DNA of 39,617 bases from a virus (IMGVR_UViG_2703718858_000001:1-39617), one strand, 5' to 3'. Counted from the stretch's first letter, positions 26,301 to 34,617 are shown. The notes: generated from the letters alone by a model not told the origin. Numbers and translations: made by a program.

Positions 26301-27776
26301 TTAAGCATACGGGTCATAATCTGTAATGGCCTTGCCTTGCTGGTTCTGCTGCCCAGGAATTCGCAGACGCTTCGACACAGGGAAAGCAAACGTCAGCAGT
26401 AGCGCATCGCCTTTACCCGGCGAACGCCCAAGTCGTTCTTTGATATCTTCCTTCGGTTCGATAACGATTTTACCGTCCACGCGAACTTTGTACTCTGCCG
26501 CCGACAGATCGTCCGCTGTTTCCTGGTCATCCAGCATCCCGCCCAACCTCAGCCATGTCTTGCATGAGTTGAACATCTCCCCGCGCTTGTTGAGCATCTG
26601 AGGGTCAGTTGACGCACCACCGAACGGAACAAGTTGCCATGTGCGCCCCCAGCCGTCACCGATTGACTTCAGACCGGTTCCGTAACCGAAGTCGATGAAC
26701 ACCGCGTCAGCCTGATACTGGTCTTCAAAGTCAGCGATACGCTTCGCCATAATCAGATCGTCAGTGGTCTTGTTGCCAGTCCATAGCACCTTACTATGCA
26801 ACCCCTGCCGCAGGTATATCACCGCGTCATCAACGCCTGAATATGCCGGGTCAACACCGATTATCACCGGAACATGTGCCACCTGCGCAGCGGTTACCAC
26901 CCGTTTCATTGCCTCATCAGTAAGACCGGTAGGGATAAACTGCAATTCAGATGCATCAGGGAATATGCCGCGCACACGGATTTTAACGAAGTCGCTGTCT
27001 TCCCCGTAGTCATCAACCCATTTCTGCAACTGCTGTTTGTTAGTGCCTTCCACCGTCCGGCTGTCAATCTGCGCAGTTTTCCAGCGGTGTTTATATTTGC
27101 GGAAACATTCGCGGAAACGTCCGGTATTACGCGTCGGGTTCCCGAACGCCACCCAGATGATTTCGGTGTCTTCGTCCGTCAGCGCACCCTCTGCTACCTC
27201 CCACACCAGATCCGCAATGTTCGACGCTTCATCGAATACCACGATGATGCGTTTGCGCTCGTTGTGTAGTCCGGCGAATGCCTCAGTGTTGTGCTCAGAC
27301 CAGGGGATTGCGTCAGCTCGCCACCGCTTGTCGTGCCCAGGGTCATTGCTGTACATCGCGGTAGCGGTACAGGTAAACCAGTCTTTCGTGATAGCAAGGT
27401 TCGACCACTTGATAATTTCCGGCCAGGTCTTCGTTCGTAGCTGGTTGTCGGTGTTGGCGGTCACCACGACCTTACAATCCTCGCAAGTGGACATGCCCCA
27501 GTTGATCAGCATTGAGATAAATGCGGATTTACCAATACCGTGGCCCGAAGCACGTGCCAGCATAAGCGGCTGATAGCGCGTCTCGGGATTCTGCAGGTGA
27601 TCACGTATCTCTCGGAACGCATCGGCCTGCCACTGACGTGGGCCGGTAGCATGTGCCAGTTCAGTCCCCTCTTCCCCCCACGGGAACGCATAGAGGGCAT
27701 AGCCAAGCGGATCGTGAGTGAACCCTGCAATATCCTCGATCAACTGCTCTTCAGGAGATAACGCTGCATCTGTCAC
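26301..27776 (-). CDS. Terminase large subunit
   Basis: Walker A GHGIGKS; 491 aa; GTG start overlapping small-terminase stop. Confidence 0.85.
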   Translation of the reverse strand: MTDAALSPEEQLIEDIAGFTHDPLGYALYAFPWGEEGTELAHATGPRQWQADAFREIRDHLQNPETRYQPLMLARASGHGIGKSAFISMLINWGMSTCEDCKVVVTANTDNQLRTKTWPEIIKWSNLAITKDWFTCTATAMYSNDPGHDKRWRADAIPWSEHNTEAFAGLHNERKRIIVVFDEASNIADLVWEVAEGALTDEDTEIIWVAFGNPTRNTGRFRECFRKYKHRWKTAQIDSRTVEGTNKQQLQKWVDDYGEDSDFVKIRVRGIFPDASELQFIPTGLTDEAMKRVVTAAQVAHVPVIIGVDPAYSGVDDAVIYLRQGLHSKVLWTGNKTTDDLIMAKRIADFEDQYQADAVFIDFGYGTGLKSIGDGWGRTWQLVPFGGASTDPQMLNKRGEMFNSCKTWLRLGGMLDDQETADDLSAAEYKVRVDGKIVIEPKEDIKERLGRSPGKGDALLLTFAFPVSKRLRIPGQQNQQGKAITDYDPYA

Positions 27777-28369
27777 TGATTGCCATCCTGACGTTCTTTG
27801 AGTCGCTTCCTGGCTGCTGCTATGCGATCAGCAATTGTCACATTCACATTAACATCCAGGCGTTCTTTGAATGCGTTGACGTCGACGTGCTTACCAATCA
27901 GTTCGAGGTTCTTCACCTTGTCAGGCCATTTAATTTTTTTGAGGATTGTCTCTATCGAATCCTCGTTCATGTTCATGATGGTCGATGACAGATCAAAGCC
28001 GCTAAGCGTAGTGCGCCAGATTTTCGGCCACTCGCGGATTGGCTTAAGGCTCCCATCGTCGTTGAGGATATCAATCACGTCCATCTGGTCGATCTCCACC
28101 AGGCGCATGAGAACGTAATCAGCACTGACGCGCATTCGTTTGTTGCGCTCCTCCATCAACTCGGCAATCCGTTTTTGAATGCGTTCATCGCGCATCATGA
28201 CACTGGCTTTAACTGCCGCTGTATTTGGGGAGAATCCTGCATTAATCGCTGCCTGAGTCTGGTTTTCAGGCGTTTTGATGTATGACTGGCAATAAGCCTC
28301 CTGCATTGCTGTTAGTGGCTTAAATTGCGTTGATTTGCGTTTATAGGTTTTAGGTTCAGCAGGCATCAT
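27773..28369 (-). CDS. Terminase small subunit
   Basis: Directly upstream of TerL; ATG 28369 chosen over TTG 28447. Confidence 0.65.
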   Translation of the reverse strand: MMPAEPKTYKRKSTQFKPLTAMQEAYCQSYIKTPENQTQAAINAGFSPNTAAVKASVMMRDERIQKRIAELMEERNKRMRVSADYVLMRLVEIDQMDVIDILNDDGSLKPIREWPKIWRTTLSGFDLSSTIMNMNEDSIETILKKIKWPDKVKNLELIGKHVDVNAFKERLDVNVNVTIADRIAAARKRLKERQDGNQ

Positions 28370-28376
28370 AACCACC

Positions 28377-28409
28377 GTGGTAATAGTTACCGTTGTGGTA
28401 ATAGTACCA
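28377..28409. repeat. Tandem 15-bp repeats GTGGTAATAGTTACC / GTGGTAATAGTACCA upstream of terminase
   Basis: Two direct copies 18 bp apart, each containing GGTAA-N3-TTACC (operator half-sites in opposite arrangement). Confidence 0.5.
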
Positions 28410-28412
28410 TGC

Positions 28413-28438
28413 AAAATAAAGCCGCCATAGTTGGCGGC
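28413..28438 (-). terminator. Terminator between early-right operon and packaging genes
   Basis: GCCGCC-ATAGTT-GGCGGC hairpin with T-rich tract on minus strand. Confidence 0.5.
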
Positions 28439-28443
28439 AGTAT

Positions 28444-28656
28444 TCAAAGTCCATCAAATTCATCGTAAAAACTCTCGTCAAGATACCCTTCCCATTTACC
28501 GCGAATGAAAATCACATCCTCGCCGCAAGGGTGCTGACTGTCGATAACTATATCCCTCCTGGCGCAACCATACTTATGCATGAGAAATTTAACCTCTTTC
28601 GGAAAATTTGCTGAGTTATCTCTCATATCTTCAAGGTCGTAGCGTATTTTTGGCAT
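28444..28656 (-). CDS. Hypothetical protein
   Basis: ATG 28656 with GAAGGTG SD. Confidence 0.45.
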   Translation of the reverse strand: MPKIRYDLEDMRDNSANFPKEVKFLMHKYGCARRDIVIDSQHPCGEDVIFIRGKWEGYLDESFYDEFDGL

Positions 28657-28673
28657 AACACCTTCGTGACATG

Positions 28674-29012
28674 TCACACTATTAATTTCGTTTCATGCCA
28701 GCCTTTAGTCACCCAGCATTGCGAGTCACCATTACACGGGCATGAATTAACGGGAACTCTCTCGCCGCACTTACCGCAACGTTTTCTGCTAATCGATTTT
28801 ATACGCCCGCGCACGCGTGCATCATCCTGGCGGATCAGTAACGCTATATACTCACCAAATTCGTAAGGCGCACGCCCGGGGCGACGCGCGGCACAGTTAC
28901 GCTCAAGCATTTCAATTTCCTGAGCATCAAGCACAATCTCCAGCTTACGCACACCAGATGCAGCTTGTCTGGCTCTCTGAGCGGCTTTGCGCTCTGCTGC
29001 TGATTTAGCCAT
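28674..29012 (-). CDS. Hypothetical protein with C-terminal Cys-cluster (zinc-ribbon-like)
   Basis: CGKCGERVPVNSCPCNGDSQCW; AGGAA SD; last gene before packaging genes. Confidence 0.5.
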   Translation of the reverse strand: MAKSAAERKAAQRARQAASGVRKLEIVLDAQEIEMLERNCAARRPGRAPYEFGEYIALLIRQDDARVRGRIKSISRKRCGKCGERVPVNSCPCNGDSQCWVTKGWHETKLIV

Positions 29013-29355
29013 TCTGATTTTCCTGCATCATGAGAAAGACAATCATGGCGGCGCGGAGTGGATTATTCGCATGAAAGCAAATGTTCTCGGTATTAAAAAC
29101 AGCTGACCACTCACCGCGAGATTGGTGGCAGGTTAGACTGATTTTATTATCAACAATAATAGGCCATGCATCCGATGGATTATTGCAGTAGTCAGGTAAA
29201 GGGTTTAATGGCTCAAAAGTTGTATCAGTATTTCCGTAATACCATTTGTTGGTGTTATTCCCTGATGTTTCCGGTTTACACGCCCAAAGGCCTTTAAAAA
29301 TTATGTCTCCTACCATTCTGTTAATTTCAAAATCACTTAACTGTGAATAGTCCAT
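29005..29355 (-). CDS. Phage protein, NinX/DUF2591-like (tentative)
   Basis: MDYSQLSDFEINRMV N-terminus; start overlaps stop of DUF551 C-terminal frame. Confidence 0.45.
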   Translation of the reverse strand: MDYSQLSDFEINRMVGDIIFKGLWACKPETSGNNTNKWYYGNTDTTFEPLNPLPDYCNNPSDAWPIIVDNKISLTCHQSRGEWSAVFNTENICFHANNPLRAAMIVFLMMQENQNG

Positions 29356-29911
29356 CACTTCACCTCCTGCGGCGGTTCCGGTAGCGGCATCCAGTGGGTT
29401 ACATTGCGACTCTGTGTTTCGAAAAATTCATCACCATTGCGGACAATATCGAAAAACTCTCCGTCTCGATATTGCGCTAAAGAACGAATGCGCCATCACA
29501 TAAAATAATTACGTGCTGACCATCCTCTGGCATTCGCTCACTACAGCTTATCCAACTATCCTGAGTTACCGGAGAGTTGCCAGCGGCCTCGGGCATATCC
29601 GGACCTTTGCGAATAGCCTTTGCAAGCTCAACAGGGTCATCGTAAAGCCAGTCGCCAGTTTGTGGGTGATTTGCTTCTGCAAGCTGCGCAGCCCATTCAA
29701 GACCATCTTTTTGACCTTGGAGATAATCAAGCGGCAACTCTTCATGATTACTTGCAGGTTCTGCACTATCAGCTTCGCGCCGCTTCTGTAGCTCTGCTGC
29801 CATCGCTCTCACGACTTCAACTGGTGCCCTTGCAGCAAACTCTATGTTGGTGATTAGCTCATTAAGATATTGCTCGCCTGGATACTGTTTCTTATCGGTT
29901 ATAGTGGTCAT
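29355..29911 (-). pseudogene. DUF551-family protein, frameshifted
   Basis: Frame A (29480-29911) ends ...HVIILCDGAFVL*; hallmark C-terminus ...VTHWMPLPEPPQEVK* is in another frame (29355-29495). Confidence 0.55.
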
Positions 29912-29912
29912 A

Positions 29913-30503
29913 TCACTCTCCTTTGATGCGAATGCCAGCGGTGCGTGGCACATTAACTTCCACGATGCGCACAGTTGGTTTGTACATCTCAATCGCTGTC
30001 AGCCAGTCAGCGCCAGTCATGCGCTTTTCTGCATCGCCATTAGTCCAATTAACCGGTACACCAATAGCCTTCATCGCGATTTCTATTTCCCCGGCAATGG
30101 CGCTTTTCCCGCAACCAGTAAAACCAGATACAACGACCAGAACTTCACCTTTGGCTGGTTTTATTTCCCGCGCTTCCAGTTCTGCTATGCGCTTACTTCC
30201 ATCCGAGATAACACCTTCGTAATACTCACGCTGCTCGTTGAGTTTTGATTTTGCTTTCTCAAGCTCAACTCTCAGCTTCCCTACCGTTAGCGCAATTTCC
30301 TCGTTCTCCTGGTCGCGGCGTTTGATGTATTGCTGGTTTCTTTCCAGTTCATCCAGCAGTGCCAGCGCGATATCTGGCGAAAAGTGCTTCATAAAATCGT
30401 TAAGCGCATTAATTCGCTGATCGAAGGGCATTACAGGTGCTTCACCAGCAATTTTTGTTTTTTCAGCGATTTCACGAAGCTTTTGATAATCAATCTTGCT
30501 CAC
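29913..30503 (-). CDS. Ea22-like protein with C-terminal P-loop
   Basis: Block LLDELERNQQYIKRRDQENEEIALTVGKLRVELEKAKSKLNEQREYYEGVISDGSKRIAELE resembles lambda Ea22 as I recall it; Walker-A-like GFTGCGKS; GTG start with AGGAGG SD. Confidence 0.65.
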   Translation of the reverse strand: MSKIDYQKLREIAEKTKIAGEAPVMPFDQRINALNDFMKHFSPDIALALLDELERNQQYIKRRDQENEEIALTVGKLRVELEKAKSKLNEQREYYEGVISDGSKRIAELEAREIKPAKGEVLVVVSGFTGCGKSAIAGEIEIAMKAIGVPVNWTNGDAEKRMTGADWLTAIEMYKPTVRIVEVNVPRTAGIRIKGE

Positions 30504-31021
30504 TGGTTGCCTCCTTTGCGAAGCTGGTCGGCGAACAAACGTACACCAGACGCTTCACTGCGTAGAAACTTAACGGCATCATCAAAACCACCTCGTTCTG
30601 CGTCGTCTGCTCCGTTGTCGAGGTTATCTGCGTACATCTCTACCCCCTGCGCCCGCACTTCAGCCAGGAAAGCATCGGTGGCTTGGGTTTCCGTGAAGTT
30701 GTCCTCCCAACCGTAGTACTCCTGACGACAGAAGTTATTAAATTCCTTCTCCGACTGTTTAAGCGCCGCATTCTCCGCCGCCAGCGCTGAAAACTTCTCG
30801 TGTGCCAACTTAACAGCCGCATCAGCCTGCTTAATTGACTCAATCGCTTTCTGCTGGTCTTCGGCCAGCGCATTAGCACGCACCAGTTGCACTTCCAGTT
30901 GCGTTGCCAAATCGCTGATCAGCTTTGCCACACTGCGCATATCAACGGCACCACATTCTGCTTTCAGTTCCGAAGCCATCTCATGCCCGGCGGCAACTAA
31001 CCCTTTGATATTACTTTCCAT
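30500..31021 (-). CDS. Coiled-coil phage protein (possibly ead/Ea22-like)
   Basis: Ala/Glu-rich coiled coil; GAGGG SD. Confidence 0.45.
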   Translation of the reverse strand: MESNIKGLVAAGHEMASELKAECGAVDMRSVAKLISDLATQLEVQLVRANALAEDQQKAIESIKQADAAVKLAHEKFSALAAENAALKQSEKEFNNFCRQEYYGWEDNFTETQATDAFLAEVRAQGVEMYADNLDNGADDAERGGFDDAVKFLRSEASGVRLFADQLRKGGNQ

Positions 31022-31082
31022 CTTTACCCTCGCTTATCCACATAACTTATTGATTACATTGATAACTAAAAAGATCGTCGAT

Positions 31083-31430
31083 TCAGAACTCTTCGATGTT
31101 CCAGCCACCACCTGCTTTCTTTGGCTTAACCGTTACCCCGATGATTCGGAACGGATACTGATCTGCGGCGACTTTGGTTTTCACTCTGGCGTCATCGGTC
31201 CAGAATCCCCCTTTCACTTCGTGCAGTTCCATCTCGCCGGTGGCGAGCATCACAGCAAAATCTGGCGTATAGAACGTGTTGTCAGCTAACCGCAGCTTGA
31301 TACCCTCAAATCGATACCAGACGATTTCTCCTGCACGTTTACGCAGCTCAAGGTGCTGGCAATACGCAGATTCTGTTTTGTTCATCTGGCCTGTTTTGAG
31401 TCGACCAAGAGCCTGTATCTGTTTTCTCAT
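31083..31430 (-). CDS. DUF1064-like phage protein (putative nuclease fold)
   Basis: Pattern AGEI...Y.PDF.V....HEVKG; operator overlaps its RBS. Confidence 0.5.
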   Translation of the reverse strand: MRKQIQALGRLKTGQMNKTESAYCQHLELRKRAGEIVWYRFEGIKLRLADNTFYTPDFAVMLATGEMELHEVKGGFWTDDARVKTKVAADQYPFRIIGVTVKPKKAGGGWNIEEF

Positions 31431-31432
31431 GA

Positions 31433-31449
31433 TTTACCCCTGAGGTAAT
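31433..31449. promoter_or_regulatory. Operator TTTACC-CCTGA-GGTAAT overlapping RBS of 31083-31430
   Basis: Palindrome family; spacer contains AGGGG SD on coding strand. Confidence 0.45.
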
Positions 31450-31494
31450 TAAAAACCACATAAGACACGAAATCAATAGATCTTAGAACATTTT

Positions 31495-31511
31495 ATTACC
31501 TAGCAGGTAAT
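31495..31511. promoter_or_regulatory. Operator ATTACC-TAGCA-GGTAAT
   Basis: Perfect palindrome just downstream of terminator after P-like gene. Confidence 0.55.
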
Positions 31512-31522
31512 TATCAAGACGT

Positions 31523-31542
31523 AAAAAAATGCGCTATCGCGC
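31523..31542 (-). terminator. Short-stem terminator after P-like gene
   Basis: GCGC-GATA-GCGC followed by A-TTTTTTT on minus strand. Confidence 0.4.
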
Positions 31543-31547
31543 TGGTA

Positions 31548-32333
31548 TTACTTGATAAATCCTGCCGCCTTTCCCCGCCTGTATTCCTCCATCAGCCACT
31601 GCGCCGGTGTTATTCCCCCCAGGGTAGCGGCGTTAGGCATACACCCGAAACTTCGCCCTGGTGGATGGTAAACGTCTCTCCCTGTGTCCGGAGGCGTACT
31701 CATGGGTTCTGGCTTTGCCTGTATGCTGATCACCGGATCGGGTATCTGCTGTCCGAAAGCCACCTTTTTCGCCCAATCATCAAGCAGCCTGCGCGCGTGT
31801 TTCTCAACCTCAATCTCGCTAAGCTGGCGCTGATACATTGCACGGCGGGTATCACATACGACCCAGTACATAACCGGATGCCGCCACGGGAATCTTTCGG
31901 GACCACCAGGATATAAACTTTTTTCCTTGCTGTACCGGTGAAACTCCGCCATCACATCGTCAATGGTGACGCCAAGAACCATCTTGCTGTCTTTGCACCA
32001 CTTGATAAATTGCCCTGGCGACGGCCAGAACGGAGATTCACTGGCGCGGGCGTGGCGCATACCAGCAGAAACCTGTTCACGGGTTCGGATCCCACCTTCG
32101 GCAAACGCAGCAATCCACTGCTGTTTTGCAGCAACTTCCTGCTCTGGCGTCTTCAGGTTGGTTACCACTGCCGCCGGAAACAGCTGTTTCAGCTGTTTGA
32201 AAAGGGCATCAACAAGCCTCTCTGCTGACATGTTCACCACATTGTCATTGTTGACGTACTGATGCTCATAACCTGACATGCGAGAAAGGGCTTCTCCGTC
32301 ACGGTTTTGTATCGCGGTAAAAACGTTGTTCAC
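31548..32333 (-). CDS. Replication protein P-like (helicase loader)
   Basis: GIRTREQVSAGMRHARASESPFWPSPGQFIKWCK parallels lambda P ...GITTMEQVNAGMRVARRQNRPFLPSPGQFVAWCR; GTG 32333 with GGGAGGA SD overlapping O stop. Confidence 0.8.
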   Translation of the reverse strand: MNNVFTAIQNRDGEALSRMSGYEHQYVNNDNVVNMSAERLVDALFKQLKQLFPAAVVTNLKTPEQEVAAKQQWIAAFAEGGIRTREQVSAGMRHARASESPFWPSPGQFIKWCKDSKMVLGVTIDDVMAEFHRYSKEKSLYPGGPERFPWRHPVMYWVVCDTRRAMYQRQLSEIEVEKHARRLLDDWAKKVAFGQQIPDPVISIQAKPEPMSTPPDTGRDVYHPPGRSFGCMPNAATLGGITPAQWLMEEYRRGKAAGFIK

Positions 32334-33145
32334 AAGAAATCCTCCCACGCTTCAGGGCTGTTCCAGTGCGGAACGTTGTTATCAGGTAATGTTGATTGCT
32401 TCTGTCTGCTAATCTGCAGCCGCCTTGCTAGCTTCTGCTCCCACTGTGCCTGATGGTATGCCTTACCCTCAGCCATCCAGTAAATTCTGAACTCTGCAAG
32501 TTCCTGTGCCGTTGGCAGACTGTCCAGGTAGATCCCCTGCAATGAGCTTTTCCGAAGAAAGTCATCTGATGGCTGCCATTGTTCATGCATGACAAATTTG
32601 CCTAATTGCCCTGGCCCACCAGGAGGAACAAAGTTATTCATCACGGCGTTGTTTGCGCCGGGGTCATGATGCACAGAATCCCCGTTTTTTGTCCTGCTCT
32701 CCCTCTCTTGGTTAAATGACTGGTTATATGACTGGTTCTGGATCCCGTTTTTGGGATCATTCAACATCCCGTTTTTGGGATCATTCAACATCCCGTTTTT
32801 GGGTATATTCCCGTTTTCGGTAACATTACCGTTTTCGGGTTCATTGCCCCCCTCCCGGTTGCCTTTAATGTTCCCGTTTTTGGTTATATTAAGAGAGAAA
32901 ACCCGCACTCTTTTTGTCGCTCCCTTTCTCTCTCCGGTATCTGAAATAAGCCCCATTTTCATGAGCGATATAAGCCCGGCCTGCACGGTTTTTTTATTCA
33001 GGCAAGTGTCTTTAACGAGGCGTTCTATGCTGGGGTAGCAGAGGTTATATTCATCGGCTCTGTCAGCCATCGAGAGCAGTATGAGCTTTAATGATGAGCT
33101 ACCTGGATCTGTCTCCCAGGCCCAATCTGTTGCATGTCTGCTCAT
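32330..33145 (-). CDS. Replication initiator (O-like) containing origin iterons
   Basis: Precedes P-like gene; internal direct repeats encode NG..PKNG repeats; GGAGA SD. Confidence 0.65.
   Translation of the reverse strand: MSRHATDWAWETDPGSSSLKLILLSMADRADEYNLCYPSIERLVKDTCLNKKTVQAGLISLMKMGLISDTGERKGATKRVRVFSLNITKNGNIKGNREGGNEPENGNVTENGNIPKNGMLNDPKNGMLNDPKNGIQNQSYNQSFNQERESRTKNGDSVHHDPGANNAVMNNFVPPGGPGQLGKFVMHEQWQPSDDFLRKSSLQGIYLDSLPTAQELAEFRIYWMAEGKAYHQAQWEQKLARRLQISRQKQSTLPDNNVPHWNSPEAWEDFL
32742..32890. repeat. Iteron array (at least 6 copies of CCCGTTTT(T/C)GG, about 24-bp period); putative ori
   Basis: Three near-identical 24-bp units ATCCCGTTTTTGGGATCATTCAAC at 32742, 32766, 32790 plus degenerate copies. 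Confidence 0.6.
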
Positions 33146-33160
33146 GATTAATCTCCGCTA

Positions 33161-33361
33161 TCAGCTTGAGTGTTGTGGGGAGGAATTAATCATGATCTGC
33201 TTAATCTCTGCCCTGATGCGACGGTTTGATTCCATGGTGCACTCAACACAGTGTCCGTTGTAAACCCAGCGTTCACTGTCATGTCCGTGCTTACATGGTT
33301 TTCCGGTGTAGTAGCGTTTAAGTCCGCGCTTTGCGGCATCAATACGTGTAATGATTTCCAT
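33161..33361 (-). CDS. Small Cys/His-rich protein at cII position
   Basis: MEIITRIDAAKRGLKRYYTGKPCKHGH...CVEC; ATG 33361; between cro-like and O-like. Confidence 0.5.
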   Translation of the reverse strand: MEIITRIDAAKRGLKRYYTGKPCKHGHDSERWVYNGHCVECTMESNRRIRAEIKQIMINSSPQHSS

Positions 33362-33441
33362 GGTAAGCCCTGTTATTAGTATTGGGATTACGGTTATTTT
33401 GTGCTGACACAAAAAAAAAGATCAACCATATTTGGTTTTTT

Positions 33442-33458
33442 ATTACCTTTGAGGTACG
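33442..33458. promoter_or_regulatory. Degenerate operator ATTACC-TTTGA-GGTACG (possible PRE-like region)
   Basis: Between tR1-like hairpin and cII-position gene. Confidence 0.3.
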
Positions 33459-33471
33459 GATAGATATGAAA

Positions 33472-33491
33472 AGACCGCCGGATGGCGGTCT
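33472..33491 (-). terminator. tR1-like terminator between cro-like and downstream genes
   Basis: AGACCGCC-ATCC-GGCGGTCT hairpin followed by TTTTCAT on minus strand. Confidence 0.5.
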
Positions 33492-33512
33492 ACAGAGGGT
33501 TGTGGCTGGATA

Positions 33513-33743
33513 TCATGAGTAGAAGAAGTATGCCAGTTCTGCTTTTGAGCGCAGCCATTGTCTTGTTTTACAGGCTTTAAAAAGCCCATTCATCAATACT
33601 TTACCTGGCATTTTGCGCTTACCTGTTAAGTGAGTCTGGATATAGTGACTCGTCGTTCCGGCTTCCTGCGCGAAGGCTTCACGCTCATCCGGAGTGAGTG
33701 CAAGCCAGTGCTTTTTGAAATCGAAATGTCCGTTATCGCTCAT
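33513..33743 (-). CDS. Cro-like HTH regulator
   Basis: 76 aa, divergent from repressor across operator cluster. Confidence 0.6.
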   Translation of the reverse strand: MSDNGHFDFKKHWLALTPDEREAFAQEAGTTSHYIQTHLTGKRKMPGKVLMNGLFKACKTRQWLRSKAELAYFFYS

Positions 33744-33778
33744 AGCTATTGCCTGATATTTATTTCAGATAATAAATA

Positions 33779-33843
33779 TTCACCCATAAGGTAACAAAAA
33801 TCAAGGATAGTTACCTATGAGGTGCATTTACCTGTTGGGTAAT
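33779..33843. promoter_or_regulatory. OR region: three operators (33779-33795, 33810-33826, 33827-33843)
   Basis: TTCACC-CATAA-GGTAAC, GTTACC-TATGA-GGTGCA, TTTACC-TGTTG-GGTAAT between divergent cro-like and repressor genes. Confidence 0.6.
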
Positions 33844-33897
33844 ATTGCTTTAAATTGAATCATCTACTGATTCATATATGAGGCGATTTTCCAGAAA

Positions 33898-34482
33898 ATG
33901 AAAAGTATCCAGGACGTCCGCAGGCAAAATCTCAACGACTTGATCGACCGTGAATTCAATGGTGTTCAGACGCGGATGGCAGAAAAACTTGGAACTCAGG
34001 CAAATCTGGTAAACCGCTGGGCTCTTGGCAAGAAGGTTATCGGCGACCAGGTTGCGCGAAAAATTGAAGCTGCCGCCAATAAACCCCGTAACTGGCTTGA
34101 TATCGATCGCTCGCTTTCTCAGGAAGGTTTTCAGCCTGTCGGCCCAAGCGACATTGGTCAGCTGGCGGCTCACAACCTGGAACGCTGGATGAGCGAAAGC
34201 CGCGACCTTTCAACACAGGGAAAACTTCACCGCGCATCCGGCGTCGCCCAGGTGACAATCAGCCGCCTGTTAAACAATGAGGTCAGCGTTTCCATTTCCA
34301 CCCTGGAGAATGTTGCATCCGCATTCGGGCGTCACGGATATGAACTACTGATTCACCCGCACGACCCTGCGACTATCAACTATGACCGCTCGCGCTACGC
34401 ATTGTTACCCGAAACCGAGAAAGCAAAGATCGAAAGTTACATTGAATTTGTCATCAACCAGAACGAAAAAAACAAACAATAA
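33898..34482 (+). CDS. Immunity repressor, tandem HTH, no S24 autocleavage domain
   Basis: Two HTH-like segments; no Ser-Lys peptidase motifs; flanked by operator clusters and followed by terminator. Confidence 0.7.
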   Translation: MKSIQDVRRQNLNDLIDREFNGVQTRMAEKLGTQANLVNRWALGKKVIGDQVARKIEAAANKPRNWLDIDRSLSQEGFQPVGPSDIGQLAAHNLERWMSESRDLSTQGKLHRASGVAQVTISRLLNNEVSVSISTLENVASAFGRHGYELLIHPHDPATINYDRSRYALLPETEKAKIESYIEFVINQNEKNKQ

Positions 34483-34503
34483 AATCATATTTTTCAGTAA
34501 GTA

Positions 34504-34527
34504 AGCCGCCTTCTGGCGGCTTTTTTA
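34504..34527 (+). terminator. Rho-independent terminator after repressor
   Basis: AGCCGCC-TTCT-GGCGGCT followed by TTTTTT. Confidence 0.75.
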
Positions 34528-34538
34528 TTGCCTGTTCG

Positions 34539-34617
34539 ATTACCTAATGGGTAATTTTTTTAACTCATATCTATTGACATCAAACCAGATACGCATAATT
34601 ATTACCTCAACGGTAAC
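34539..34617 (+). promoter_or_regulatory. OL/PL region: operators 34539-34555 and 34601-34617 flanking -35 TTGACA (34574-34579)
   Basis: ATTACC-TAATG-GGTAAT and ATTACC-TCAAC-GGTAAC; second site overlaps the -10 region. Confidence 0.6.

Noticed and set aside
32742-32890. Short direct repeats as a possible CRISPR array
   Set aside because: Repeats are about 11-24 bp with no unique spacers of regular length, lie inside a replication initiator gene and encode a peptide repeat; this is an iteron/ori pattern.
33466-33522. 18-codon plus-strand ORF with GAGGT SD opposite the cro 3' end
   Set aside because: Its body is the terminator hairpin and it overlaps the cro stop; more likely incidental, though a PRE-like transcript start here is kept as a low-interest finding.
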